Shown one piece after another: positions 1-12,273 of a stretch of DNA of 64,000 nucleotides. The notes under the pieces are model-generated. The model had not been told where the DNA came from and made no database searches. It worked only from the letters and a program-made list of their open reading frames with translations. A program made the position numbers and the translations under genes. Every line of letters starts with the position of its first letter. Position 1 is the stretch's first letter. This stretch comes from Mobula birostris (lineage: Eukaryota), in assembly GCF_030028105.1 (NCBI RefSeq), contig NC_092374.1, positions 122,711,589-122,775,588 of the forward strand, given 5' to 3'.

Positions 1-709
1 GGAATAAAATCATTCGGCACCCACAGCAGCTGCTCATATACCAACTCAGCTGTGAAGCACTGTACGTCCTCTTTTAGAGCCTTTGTAAGGACCAGCAGGA
101 CCAATGGGAGACGACTGTGCCAACTTTTGTCCATTAGGAGGGGCCTCAGAGCAGCCTTTATGGAATGATGAAACTGCTCACACAGGCCATTAGACTGTGA
201 GTGATACACTGTGGTGTGATACAATTTAACACCAAGGTTCTGGGTCATTTTGGCCCAGAGGTCTGACGTGAATTGGGGACTGTGTTTAGAAGAAATTTCA
301 GATGTGGTACTGAGTAAGGTCTGCTGCCCTTGACTGTTGAACACCTTGCCAGGGATGGTAGTAGAGCAGACGCCTCTGGTTGTGTGCTGTCCCCAAAATC
401 CTGGCAGCTTCTAAGCCACTGCATTGGTCAACATGTTGTTGAGTAATTCTTTAATTGTCTGATCTCCTTGAGGTCACCATGGCAGAATTTTGTGAATAAA
501 ATATGCAAGAGTCATATTATGTGCATAACAAAAGCTGCAGCCCTTTGCATCCATTACCAACAAAATAAAAGCACTCACCTTACGCTGACGTCATTATGAC
601 AGACACCATCTCTTAAAGTGAACGCATCAACTTAATGATGATGTTTGTGAATTACACAGAATAGTGTCTATTATGAACAATATGTGTTATCTGCCACCCA
701 TTACATTAC

Positions 710-815
710 CCTACACAAGGATTAGATTGATCTTAGACTAGGTTAAAAGGTCGACTCAACATTGTCAACCAAAGTGCCTGTACTGTGCTATAGTGTTCTA
801 TGTTAACGTTCTATG
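710..815 (+). mobile_element. CR1 LINE 3' terminal fragment
   Basis: GCCTGTACTGTGCTATAGTGTTCTATGTT matches the 3' tail of the CR1 copies at 9020-9063 and 62908-62960. Confidence 0.6.
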
Positions 816-2414
816 AAACATTTCAGCCTCGTTTCCTCTTTCTTTTCTCTTTAGATTTAGCCATTGGCACATCTCCATTTTGCTTTTCAACAAACATTCA
901 CCAACTCTTCCCTACTCTTCTTACAGACAAAGAAACAGATGCATTATGGGAATGGAGCAAGAAGCGTGAACCTGGATCATAGCCTGGGAAATCTGAAGCC
1001 TGGATAAAGCTGGGAGCACTGGGTAGGAGGATGCCGAACTTGCCTAATGTTATTAATTTTCACTTCTTAAATACACTCAGCAAGGTTCATGACTCTAACA
1101 TGTTTATCTGTGTTCTCATAACTGTCAGTCATTAGTTGTCATCCTGTTGTCCCTTTCATTGCTCGTCAGGTACTGAGTGCAATCAGTAACATTTGCTGAT
1201 TGTGGAGAACAAGAACAGACAGTACAATTGCATTTAACATGTAGTGTGCTGTGTGTGGAAAGTTAAGATGGCACAAAGAGAATGCCAGTTGAGCAATTAA
1301 AGTACCAGGAAATTCTTTTATAACTACAATTCGAACAAGAAAATACGCAGTAGCTTTGGAATTTCCCTTCTGCACACAGATACAAGAGAGCTTCTCATTT
1401 CCTGATTGTCCTTCAGTTGACCGTTTATAATCACTGTGGTATGAAACAGCAGTCTGAGAATATAAAAAACTTCCTTGCTCAGTTTATCCTATTGAAACCC
1501 TACAGGGTGCTAAGTAAGAAAGATCTCATGATGTTGCACGAATGATGTTGCCGCGAATGATGTTGCCACTTCCACCTTGGAATTAAGAGATATAATGGAT
1601 ACTTTTTTCATCAGAGGCAGACAAACTTAACCTTCACATTTAACAGATATCCTCTTGTTTATTCAAAGAAATGCTGTCAGTGTTGCAATCCTTCACGGAT
1701 TACCAAGTGGCATGAAGAAAATGATCTTGAAACGGAAAAGAGATAGTCTAGTGACATTCAGAAAGTTTAATTTTGACTTCTGACCAAAAGATATTTCTTA
1801 TTATATACAGTGAGTATTTGCATTATCATCAAATGAGATTGTGCTGCGATTTGTAATTTACATTCACTTCTTGGCATATTAGAACAGATACCCATCATAT
1901 GATTGGCTTTTGAAAGTGATAGGCACACAGACTAACACCCCATTAGTCATTGTAGTGCTCATAAGAACAGCAAATGTAAGACCATAGAAATTATTCAAGC
2001 TAAACCCATATGCAAAGTAATAAAAATGCATAAATATCTCTATTAGCAAGACAATGGCTCTCAGATGTTAAGCCCAAAATTGAACCTTTCTAAAAGCAGA
2101 GGCTGCATGATTTCCACATGCTGAATGATTAATACTGTACTCTGAAGGACATAATTTGTCTTGAGATTTAAGGACCAGGTTCAGCCTGATGAAGAGTGGT
2201 ATTGGTATTTGATCTAACCTGCATAGTTCCTGCTTTCCCCACGGGCTACATTATTCACCATCAGTGGGGCTGAATTTCAATTTAGGCAATCAACTGGTGC
2301 TTTGAGTCTAATGGTTTCCTTCTCCTCATAAGTGCTTGAAGCCCCAGCCTGTTAGAGGTCCCTCCTCATCTGTGCATAGCTCTTGGATATTAGTATTTCA
2401 ATAATGACATGTTA

Positions 2415-3160
2415 TAAGACCATGAGCCCACAAGACATAGGAATGGAATTAGGTCATTCAGCCCATCAAGTGTTCTCCACCATTCCATCATAGATGCCTT
2501 CTCCCCATATCCTTTGACCCCCAGACTAACCAAGGACTTACCAATCTCTTCTTTGAATATACCAATGACATAGCCTTCTCAGCTGTCAGTGGAAATGAAT
2601 TTCACAGATACGCTACATTCTGGCTGAAGAAATTTTTCCTTATCTCTGTTCTAAATGGATACCTCTCTGTTCTGAGGATGTGTCCTCTGGTTCTAGACTC
2701 ACCCACTATGGGAAACGTTGTCTCCACACCCACTCTATCTAGGCCCTTTAATATTCGATAGGTTTCAGTGAGACCCCCTCATTCTTCTAAACTTCAGTGA
2801 GTACAGGCCCAGAGTCATCAAACTCTCCTCATACATTGACCCCTTCATTCCCAGAATCATTCTTGTGAACCTCCTCTGGACCCTTTCCAATGGCACCACA
2901 TCTCTTCTTAGATAAAGGGCCTAAAGCTGCTTACAATACTCCAAGTGCAGCCTGGTCAATGCCTTATAAAGCCTTAGCATTATATCATTGCTTTTATATT
3001 CTAGTCCTCTTGAAATTAATGTCAAAAAATGCATTTGCCTTCCTTACCACTGATTCAACCTGTAAGTTAACCTTTAGGGAATCCTGCATGAGGACTCCCA
3101 AGGTCCCTTGCAACTTGGATTTTTGAATTTTCTCCTCATTTTGAAAATAGTCTGCATCTA
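2415..3160 (-). mobile_element. CR1 LINE 3' fragment (RT C-terminus and 3' UTR), degenerate
   Basis: Clear similarity to the young CR1 at 50611-51350; (CATAAGA)-type tail at the left end. Confidence 0.85.
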
Positions 3161-4039
3161 TTTCAAGAGATACCAGTTTCTAAGTTATGATATCTAAATT
3201 ATTAGCATTCTGTCTCCAATTCACCTTCATTCTCCTCTAGATTCACTCATCCAAACAGTAATTTCTGACCTTTATCTGTCGTGTCTTGTACTTCTATATT
3301 CTTAGCATTTCCTCAGCAATGGCTGCAGTTTCAGCAAAACGCTGTGTGGTAAGTAACTCTGTGTCGTTTGCTGACTGCCACTACCTCTTTTTACTTCTGG
3401 CGAAGGTATTTAAAATTAGCCCACTGAATGTAAAACTTACTTACCCTATGAATTTAGTCCTTCACTATAAAGCTCAGTCTCAACGGTCAGCATGAAATGT
3501 TGTGGCAATAGTTAATGATAGCACCACACTTTCAATTGTCATGGATGGCAACTATTAGTGATCAAAATTCTATCGGACACTTCTAGCACACCCAGTCCAA
3601 AAATTAGTTGCACTGAAGTCAACATTTTGCTGGTAATATAACCAGACTGTTACTGCATACTCTGCATCTCAGAAGAAAATCTATTCTAGAAAGTATGACT
3701 AGGTTGCCTTGGACTTTTGTACAGTACTGAAGTCATTTTATTAACTGCATTTATTCCGGTCAAGATGACGTTAGCATACAGCGTTCCCTCGGTTCACAAC
3801 TTCCAGATAGTTCATGAAAATACCTTTTTTTCTTCTCTTACATCTGTTTTTTCCCTTAAATGTGTTTCTAGGGTGTTTAGAGCCTGCGATTTACAGTTTG
3901 GAGATTGTTTGAGTGATCCAGTGCTTTGCCATCTCCAAGAAGATTCTGGGAAGCCAGCACATACTAGGATGGTCTCAATGCAAAGAAACTTCAAGACAGA
4001 ACAGGAGCTGATCTTTGATACCATTTCACTGTTTAAAGT

Positions 4040-4628
4040 GTCCATTAATCGCCAATTAAAGAGTTGACGAAGATTGTGACATTGAGGCGAATGCGGAAGG
4101 CGGGCGAGAGCTTCAGCACTGACTGCCTTCCTTTGGATCACTGCTGGAGAAGGAGTCTGTGAGTGGCCTACAGCTGTGTGGTTCACTGTCTCTCTGAGGG
4201 TAGGCCTCGCTGCCTCGTGTGGTGTCTTTCGATAATCGTCAGCAATACTGTGATTCTGCTTTTATGGATTGGACTATTGTGTTTATGGACAGTGGACTTC
4301 TTTAGACTTCCGGTTTTTGTATTCTGTGTTTTTTTGTTGCCCGTTCCGTTTCCGTTTTGTTGTGCAAGGGGAGGATGTTTGGGGGTTGATGCTCTGGTAG
4401 TTTTTTGTGCGGAGGAGGCTGATGTTCCCTTTCTGTTTTGTGTGAGGGAGTGAGGCTTTGGGGTGTTGATGATTGGGATGCCGCTCTTTCTGGTGTGGAT
4501 CTGATGTTTCTCTCTGAACGACTTTCATGTTCTTTTTTTGTTTCGTGGCTATCTGGCAAATATGAATTTCAGAGTTGTATGTGATACATTATAAAAATAA
4601 ATGAACCTTTGACCTTTGAAACTTTGAA
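4040..4628 (+). mobile_element. Non-autonomous retroposon with Rex1/Babar-like 3' tail
   Basis: Ends GAATTTCAGAGTTGTATGTGATACAT...AATAAATGAACC(TTTGAA/C)n like the Rex-type tails elsewhere in the window; G/T-rich body; left boundary approximate. Confidence 0.55.
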
Positions 4629-4634
4629 TTTTAT

Positions 4635-4803
4635 GTAGTGTACTGTACTGCTGTTGCAAAAAAAAATCAAATTTCATGACATATGAGAGGAATGATAAAT
4701 CCGATTCTAATATGGGTCTCCATTGTGGACTGAGAGTGGAAGGGGGCAGGGAGAGGGAATCATGGTTAAGCACTATATATATGTGCCTAAAACTTTTGAA
4801 CAG
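4635..4803 (-). mobile_element. Partial copy of the composite Tc1-like MITE seen at 23800-24292
   Basis: 4640-4768 is the reverse complement of about 24075-24205 and is followed by the TIR-like GTGCCTAAAACTTTTGAACAG. Confidence 0.65.
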
Positions 4804-4897
4804 ATTTGATTACTTATCACTGAACAACCTTGGGACATTTTTCCTATATCAAGGTGCTACGTATATTATTGAAAATAGAATTGCAATTATACAACAA

Positions 4898-5245
4898 TCA
4901 AAGTTCAAAGTTCAAAGTACACATATGTCACTACATGCAAACCTGAGATTCATTTTCTTGAGACCATACACAGTAAGAACAAGAAACACAATATAATCAA
5001 TGAAAAGATACACCCCACAGGACAAACAACCAATTATCCGAAAGACAACAAACTGTGCAAATACTAGAGAAAAAAATGAGCGATAAATATCGAGAACATG
5101 ATATGAAGAGTCCTTGAAAGCGAGTCCATAGGTTCTGGATACAGTTTAATGATGGGGAGGGTGAAGTTGAGTGAGATTAGTCCCCTGGTTCAAGAGCCTG
5201 ATGGCTGAGGGGTAATAACTGTTTCTGAACCTGGTAGTCTGTGTC
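4898..5245 (-). mobile_element. Rex1/Babar-like LINE 3' end
   Basis: (TCAAAGT)n tail; reverse strand carries ACCAGGTTCAGAAACAGTTATTACCCCTCAGCCATCAGGCTC (RFRNSYYPSAIRL-type C-terminus). Confidence 0.75.
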
Positions 5246-5878
5246 ATATCATAAGCTGTATTGACATGAAAACCTATACTTCTATACTTAACTACTGTAC
5301 CTCTATATCTGTGTAAAGCAGATGTTAGAGCATTTTATTTAAAGGCCTGCCTGAAACTAATGCATGAAAAAGGCAATTTGGTGTTCAAGGTGTGAACACA
5401 TTTTCCTTTGCTTACTGGTTGATTTTTCACCCATCCAGTCAATGAACCTACACTACTGTACAAAATCAATAATATACAACTGGCACCAATGTACTCAAAT
5501 AGATCCTGCCAAAGATGATCTTAAACTCCATCTAAATGTACTCTGAAATTTGCAGTTGCAGATAACATTTTATCGAGGTTACTTTCAATCTTAATTGGAA
5601 AAAAAGTACTTGAATGGCAAAACGAGCTAATAGTATGTTGATAAAAAAAAGACTTGTTTAACCTGGCAAAAGAACAAACAGTTTGTAACACTTTATATTA
5701 AAAGATCACTTGCTTGAGGAACTGGAGGAAAATGTGCAAAGACATTTGCAAGAAGTAGTCAGATGGTTAGAAATGAGAGAGAACAATCGGCTGAAATTCA
5801 GAATGACACCATATATAATTACTTTGTCAAACGAGCAAAAATGCTGTTTATACAAAGGCCTTAAAATTGTTTTGGGAA

Positions 5879-6292
5879 TACACTCAGTGCCCACTTTATT
5901 AGGTACCTCCTGTACCTAATAAAGTGACTATTAAATGTATGTTTGTGGTCTTCTGTAGCTGTAAGTCATCCACTTCAAGGTTTGATGTGTTGTACATTCA
6001 GAGATGCTCTTCTGTGCACCACTATTGTAACGTGCGATTATTTGAGTTATTGTTGCCTTCCTGTCAGCTTGAACAACTCCTGGCATTCTCCTCGAACCTC
6101 TTTCATTAACAAGGTGATTTTCACCCACCGAATTGTCGTTCACTGGGTGTGTTTTGTTTTTGGTTTTGCACCTTTCACTGTAAACTGTAGAGACTGCTGT
6201 GTGTGAAAATCCCAAATCAGCAGCTTCTGAGATACTCAAACTACCCCCTCTTGCACCAACAATCATTCCATGATTAAAGGCACACAGATCAC
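5879..6292 (-). mobile_element. Tc1-like DNA transposon remnant (TIR plus N-terminal HTH of transposase); continues at 9064-9193
   Basis: TA-CACTCAGTGCCCACTTTATTAGGTAC TIR; translation GMIVGAR...SISEAADLGFSHTAVSTVY...VQADRKATITQI...YSYRRP is a Tc1 transposase N-terminus. Confidence 0.85.
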
Positions 6293-9063
6293 TCAGAATT
6301 GTTTCGGGGTGGGAACAGAAATGGAGAGACTGGGGAAGAGGAGGTTGGCTCACAAGTAGAGAAAGCTTGTAGACAGTGCGAGAGGGAGGATAGGCAGGTG
6401 ATAGAGAAGGGACGTGCTCAGACCGAAGGTTTGAGATGCATCTATTTTAACGCAAGGAGTGTTGTGAACAAAGTGGATGAGCTTAGAGCATGGATCAGTA
6501 CTTGGAGATATGATGTGGTGGCCATTACAGAGACTTGGATGGCTCAGGGGCAGGAATGGTTACTTCAAGTGCTGGGTTTTAGATGTTTCAGAAAGGACAG
6601 GGAAGGAGGCAAAAGAGGTGGGGGTGTGGCACTGTTGATCAGAGATAGTGTCACGGCTGCAGAAAAGGTGGATGCCATGGAGGGACTGTCTATGGAGTCT
6701 CTGTGGATGGAGGTTAGGAACAAGAAGGGGTCAATAACTTTACTGGATGTTTTTTATAGGCTGCCCAATAGTAATAGGGATATCAAGGAGCAGATAGGGA
6801 AACAGATCCTGGAAAGGTGTAATAATAACAGAGTTGTTGTGAGGAGAGATTTTAATTTTCCAAATATCGATTGGCATCTCCCTAGAGCAAGGGGTTTAGA
6901 TGGGGTGGAGTTTATTAGGAGTGTTCAGGAAGGCTTCTTGACACAATATGTGGATAAGCCTACAAGAGGAGAGGCTGTACTTGATTTGGTATTGGGAAAT
7001 GAACCTGGTCAGGTGTCAGATCTCTCGGTGGGAGAGTACTTTGGAGATGGTGATCATAATTCTATCTCCTTTACAACAGCATTGGAGAGAGAAAGGAACA
7101 GACAAGTTAGAAAAGCATTTAATTGGAGTAAGGGGAATTATGAGGCTATCAGGCAGGAAATTGGGAGTTTAAATTGGAAACAGATGTTCTCAGGGAAAAG
7201 TACAGAAGAAATGTGGCAAATGTTCAGGGGATATCTGTGTGGAGTTCTGCATAGGTACATTCCAATGAGACAGGGAAGTTTTGGTAGGGTACAGGAACCG
7301 TGGTGTACAAAGACTGTAATAAATCTAGTCAAGAAGAAAAAAAAAAGCATGCAAAAGGTTCACAGAGCTAGATAATGTTAGACATCTAGAAGATTATAAG
7401 GCTAATAAGAAGGAGCTAAAGAAGAAAATTAGGAGAGCCAGAAGGGGCCATGAGAAGGCCTTGGCGGGCAGGATTAAGGAAAACCCCAAGACATTCTACA
7501 AGTATGTGAAGAGCAAGTGGATAAGATGTGAAAGAATAGGACCTATCAAGTGTGACAGTGGGAATGTATGTATGGAACCGGAGGAAGGAGCAGAGATACT
7601 TAATGAATACCTTCCTTCAGTATTCACTATGGAAAAGGAACTTGGTAATTGCAGTGATGACTTGCAGCTGACTGAAAAGCTTGAGCATATAGACATTAAG
7701 AAAGAGAATGTGCTGGAGCTTTTGGAAAGCATCAAGTTGGATAAGCCACTGGGACTTGATGAAATGTGCCCCAGGCTACTGTGGGAGGCGAGGGAGGAGA
7801 TTGCTGAGCCTCTGGCGAGGATCTTTGCATCATCAATGGGGGCTGGAGAGGTTCCAGAGGATTGGAGGGTTGCAGATATTGTTCCTTTATTCAAGAAAGG
7901 GAGTAGAGATAGCCCAGGAAATTAGAGACTAGTGAGTCTTACTTCAGTGGTTGGTAAGTTGATGGAGAAGATCCTGAGAGGCAGGATTTATGAACATTTG
8001 GAGAGGTATAATATGATTAGGAATAGTCAACATGGCTTTGTCAAGGGCAGGCCATGCCTTACGAGCCTGATTGAATTTTTTGAGGATGTGACTAAACATA
8101 GTGATGAAGGAAGAGCAGTAGATGTAGTGTACATGGATTTCAGCAAGGCATTTGATAAGGTACCCCGTGCAATGCTTATTGAGAAAGTAAGGAGGCATGG
8201 GATCCAAGGGGACATTGCTTTGTGGATCCAGAGCTGGCTTGCCCACAGAAGGCAAAGAGTGGTTGTAAATGGGTCATATTCTGTATGGATGTCGGTGACC
8301 AGTGGTGTGCCTCAGGGATCTGTTCTGGGACTCCTTCCCTTCATGATTTTTATAAATGACTTGGATGAGGAAATGTTACTAAATTTGCTGATGACATGAA
8401 GATTGGGGGTGTTGTGGATACTGTGGAGGGATGTCTGAGGTTATAGTGGGACATCGATAGGATGCAAAACTGGGCTGAGAAGTGGCAGATGGAGTTCAAC
8501 CCAGATAAGTGTGAAGTGGTTCATTTTGGTAGGTCAAATATGATGGCAAAATATAGTATTAATGATAAGACTCCTGGAGGTGCTACCCCTCCCTGACACC
8601 CATATACCCCTTATGAGGATAGGTTGAGTGAACTCATTCTTTTCTCCTTGGAGCAACGGAGGATGAGAGGTGATCTGATAGAGATGTATAAGATGATGAG
8701 AGGCATTGATCGTGTGGATAGTCAGAGGCTTTTTCCCAGGGCTGAAATGGTTGCCACAAGGGGACACAGGTTTAAGGTGCTGGGGAGTAGGTACAGAGAT
8801 GTTAGGGGTAAGTTTTTTACTCAGAGAATGGTGAGTGCGTGGGATGGGCTGCCGGTAGCGGTGGTGGAGGCGGATACTTTAAAGAGTCTCTTTTAAGAGA
8901 CTCTTAAGTCTCTTTTGAGAGTCTTGGATAAGTACATGGAGCTTCGGAAAATAGAGGGCTACACGGAAGCCTAGTAATTTCTAAGGTAGGGACATGTTCG
9001 GCACAACTTTGTGGGCTGAAGGGCCTGTATTGTGCTGTAGGTTTTCTATGTTTCTATGTTTCT
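6293..9063 (+). mobile_element. CR1 LINE, 5'-truncated, ORF2 (APE endonuclease and RT) with frameshifts, stops and an internal deletion
   Basis: YFNARS, AITETW, GGGVALL, DFNFP, SQHGF, YMDFSKAFD, GVPQGSVLG motifs; (TTCTATGT)n tail; TSD AGATCAC at 6286-6292 and 9064-9070. Confidence 0.97.
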
Positions 9064-9193
9064 AGATCACATTTCTTTTTCAATCTGATGTTTGGTCTGA
9101 ACAACAACTGAACCTCTTGACAATGCTTCCTGCTTTTATGCATTGAGTTGCTGCCAGATGATTGGCTGGTTAGATATTTGCATTAACAAACAG
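9064..9193 (-). mobile_element. Continuation (upstream part) of the Tc1-like element split by the CR1
   Basis: Joins 6292 across the TSD; GAGTTGCTGCCAGATGATTGGCTGGTTAGATATTTGCATTAAC is a typical Tc1 subterminal sequence. Confidence 0.75.
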
Positions 9194-9920
9194 TGTAATG
9201 TATTTAATATTTCAGTAATATTTGAGTAATATTGTAATTATATTGCATGATAAAGAATTCTTGTTCATTTAAATAATTTATTATGGGTTATATGTAAAAA
9301 TAAATGCATTACATACGTTATGACACTACCACGTGATACGTGGGCGCCTCGCTTAAAGTAAAGAACGAAAAACTAAGACTTGCACATCTCTTGGACTCCT
9401 GTCTTTTCCTTTTAATTAGTTTAATGTCTTGGAGTTACAAAACATAAGAGTGATGACAAGGTATTTTTAAAATGAACCTGAGACAACCTTTGGAAGTGCA
9501 GCAAGACGTTCAACCTAAAAAAAAAATTGGCAGAATGTGTTCTTCAGAAGATAAGAAATATTTGCGTTTAAAATAAAGGCAAAAAAAAAGAATTCATGGA
9601 TTCAAAAAAAGTATTAATAATCATTAAAAAAGAGCAGAATTGGCTGACTACATCAGAAAGATAGACACGTTAAATACCACAACAGATAAATGAATTTTGT
9701 ATTCTGAAAGGATTGGGCAGTATATTAAAGCAAATGAAATAGTCACTGGAAAACAAGTCCTGAAGAATGGTCTTAGCTTGAATGTTAACTGTTTACTCTT
9801 TTCCATTGATATTGCCTGGCTTGCTGATTTCCTCCAGCATCTCGTGTGTTGCAATGGGAAACAAGTACCAATTTTGCTGAGTTTAAAGGCATACAATTTG
9901 CTCAGAAGTTTGACTAATAG
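9194..9920 (+). mobile_element. Gypsy LTR retrotransposon remnant: 5' LTR (about 9194-9449), decayed PBS, gag N-terminus
   Basis: TG start; PBS-like GTGATGACAAGG; translation ADYIRKID...YSERIGQYIKANEI...KQVPILLS..KAYNLLRSLT resembles Gypsy gag; related LTR on the minus strand at 53050-53970. Confidence 0.75.
9758..9856 (+). mobile_element. Short degenerate Penelope-like terminal-repeat insertion within gag
   Basis: Decayed GTCCTGAAGAA...TGCCTGGCTTGCTG...CCAGCATC...GTGTGTTGC; flanking duplication GGAAA(A)CAAGT. Confidence 0.65.
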
Positions 9921-10585
9921 CTATTTGATGTGCTAAGTGACAGTATCAGTCTGGTCAGCAAACTTTCTTAACTAAATAACTTGGTCAGTGTAGTCTTGTT
10001 TGATGCAGGCCAGTTAACATACCGTACTTGTCTTACACTGCATCTCTTCAGAGTCAGTTCCATGCTGTGGGCCAGCAGCCTGTGCTCTGTAAACAGTGCT
10101 GTTTGTTTGCAAAGCAGTCCTTTTAACTTCAGACTGATTATTGCTTGCCATTTACATTAAGAACTGAAGACTTGCTCCTATTCATGAGAAGTTGAGCAAA
10201 TAATAATAGTTGGGACTTTAACTTAATCAAAAACAACTCTTCGATCTCCAGAAATGTCAGCTGCTATGTTAGAAAGCCAAGCTTGGCAAAAATGCCTTCC
10301 AGTCCTGGACAGTGAATATGCAACACTTTCCCTTTTTCTTTTGTTTTTGTGAATACATGACATTCCTGTTTGAAACCCTGCATGAATTTGCTTCCACTCT
10401 GCTTTCTGATGACACTCCAGATGAAAGTACTTGCATTGGACCATTTTCCTATATCTCTCCATTGATGATTTATCCGCCCGTTCTAACACGATGTATGTTA
10501 ACCAATGACCCAGTAACAAGATAATATTGTCTCTTCCATCTCTTTCACATGTCACAGAAATAGCTTTCTATCAAGTTGAGGACGA

Positions 10586-11000
10586 AGTTCAAGGTTTATT
10601 GTCATTCAACCATATAAATGTGTATAGTCAAATGAAACAACATTCCTCTGGACCAAGGTGCAAAAAAAGTGCAAATAATTCACACATAAAACATAAAGGA
10701 ATATTACTACAGATAAATTAACAGATAATAAAGTGCATTTATGATACAAATTAAAAAGTAAACACTATAACTCTACTGGCGCTTCATACGTGATGAGAAC
10801 TGGGTGGTGGCAGGGAGTTCAGCAGTCTCACAGCCTGAGGGAAGAAGCTGTTTCCCATCCTAACTGTCCTCGTCCTAATACTATGGTACCTCCTGCCTGA
10901 TAGAAAGCGGTCAAAGAGATTGTTGGATGGATGGGCAGGATCATTGACAATGCTAATGCCCCTGTGTATGCAGTGCTCCTGATAAATATCTTGGATATTT
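10586..11000 (-). mobile_element. Rex1/Babar-like LINE 3' fragment
   Basis: Translation IVNDPAHPSNNLF...SGRRYHSIRTRTVRMGNSFFPQAVRLLN. Confidence 0.85.
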
Positions 11001-11604
11001 CTATTACATTTCTGATTTGACCACTTCAGTGTTTTCCTTAGCACACTTCCACCATCAATCTTCTCTGCCTCTATTTCATTTGATGTATATATTCTATTCA
11101 ATCTTGAATCGAATCCAACTCACCTGAGTCCCTGAAGCATTTCTGAGCATCTGTAAATGGGCGAACAGCATCTTCTTCTTTGAGTCCTTGGTTTATTGTT
11201 AAATAATATATGGAGCATGTAGAGTATTATTTATTATTTAAATAAATTGCAGCTACAAATTTAGATCAGAGGCTGTGAATGCTGTCCTTTCCCTACATCT
11301 ATAAGGTAAAAGCCAGGTGCTGATGGAATACCCTCTACTTACCCAGATGAGTCAGTTCCAAAAACTCTCAAGAAGGTTAAAAGCAATAAGGACAAGGCAG
11401 CTTGCTTGACTGGTGCAACTTTCACCAGCCTAAGCACACAGAGAACCTCTTACCTCTTGACTCTCGTATTTGATGTTCATTGCCAATTTATCATGAATAA
11501 TTGCAGGATTAACATCAAGATTATATTAAGCTCATAATATTCCTTATATTCTCTTGGTTATCTTGTACTGACATCAATTGATTTGGATGAATTTTTATGA
11601 ATAT

Positions 11605-11705
11605 GTTCCCAGAAGAAGGCAATGGCAAACCACTTTTGTAGAAAAAAAATGCCAAAAACGATCATGGCCATGACCATGATTTCTGATGTCATGTGAACGA
11701 ATGGG
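11605..11705 (+). mobile_element. 3' part of a BovB-like bipartite RTE element (family of 45390-45774)
   Basis: CCCAGAAGAAGGCAATGGCAAACCACTT motif shared with 45655-45770. Confidence 0.65.
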
Positions 11706-12237
11706 TGTTACCTAATCTTGTGAGATAATTCTCAGAATCACATGCTTCCACAGTTTCTCTGACGTCCCATTTGTTCTATCCTTGACCTATTGACACATGA
11801 TCCGTATTATGAAATCTTAAACTTTTATTACGACATGTGTCACAATGCCTTATTTCAGCTGCCTTTCTTCCAGTTCTTTATATATTATCTAAAAATAAAT
11901 AAGTAGTGCAAGAAAAGTAGTGAGGTAGTATTCATGGGTTCAATGTCCATGGGGCGGCATGGTAGCGTATTGGTTAGCACAACACTTTACAGTACCAGTG
12001 ACCCGGGTTCAATTCCCACCACTGTCAGTACGTTCTCCCTGTGACTGTACGGAGTTCCTCCAGGTGCTCCACTTTCTTCCCACAGACCAAACAAGTAGCG
12101 GTCATTATAAATTGTAGCTGCAATGATTTGTGGCTGGTCTATATAGTACTCTGTATTCTCCATGTGTTAAATCAGGGTACACACACAAAATGCTGGTGGA
12201 ACGCAGCAGGCCAGGCAGCATCAATAGGAAGAAGTAC

Positions 12238-12273
12238 AGTCGACGTTTCGGGCTGAAATCCTTCATCAGGACT
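12238..12273 (-). ncRNA. Minimal type I hammerhead ribozyme motif (Penelope-associated)
   Basis: Reverse strand AGUC-CUGAUGA-AGGAUUUCAGCCC-GAAA-C-GUC-GACU: intact core, weakened stem II. Confidence 0.75.

Noticed and set aside
1528-1570. Three copies of ATGATGTTGC at 14-15 bp spacing
   Set aside because: Simple slippage minisatellite with no spacers; not CRISPR-like.
3306-3348. Plus-strand mini-exon candidates with AG...GTAAG signals (3306-3348, 34082-34095, 60831-60866; acceptors at 927 and 25789)
   Set aside because: Short, no recognisable peptide, expected by chance in 64 kb, and they cannot be assembled into a supported gene model.
4163-4559. Hydrophobic or low-complexity ORFs on both strands
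   Set aside because: By-product of a G/T-rich retroposon body.
5710-5830. Coiled-coil-like ORF LEELEENVQRHLQEVVRWLEM
   Set aside because: No splice support; more likely an old LINE RT remnant or chance.
6299-8399. Long ORFs (358, 154 and 155 aa), and likewise 50701-52740, as host genes
   Set aside because: They are CR1 ORF2 pieces with TSD or tail and disabling mutations.
11951-12025. tRNA gene
   Set aside because: The A and B boxes belong to a SINE head followed by a SINE core; there is no complete cloverleaf.
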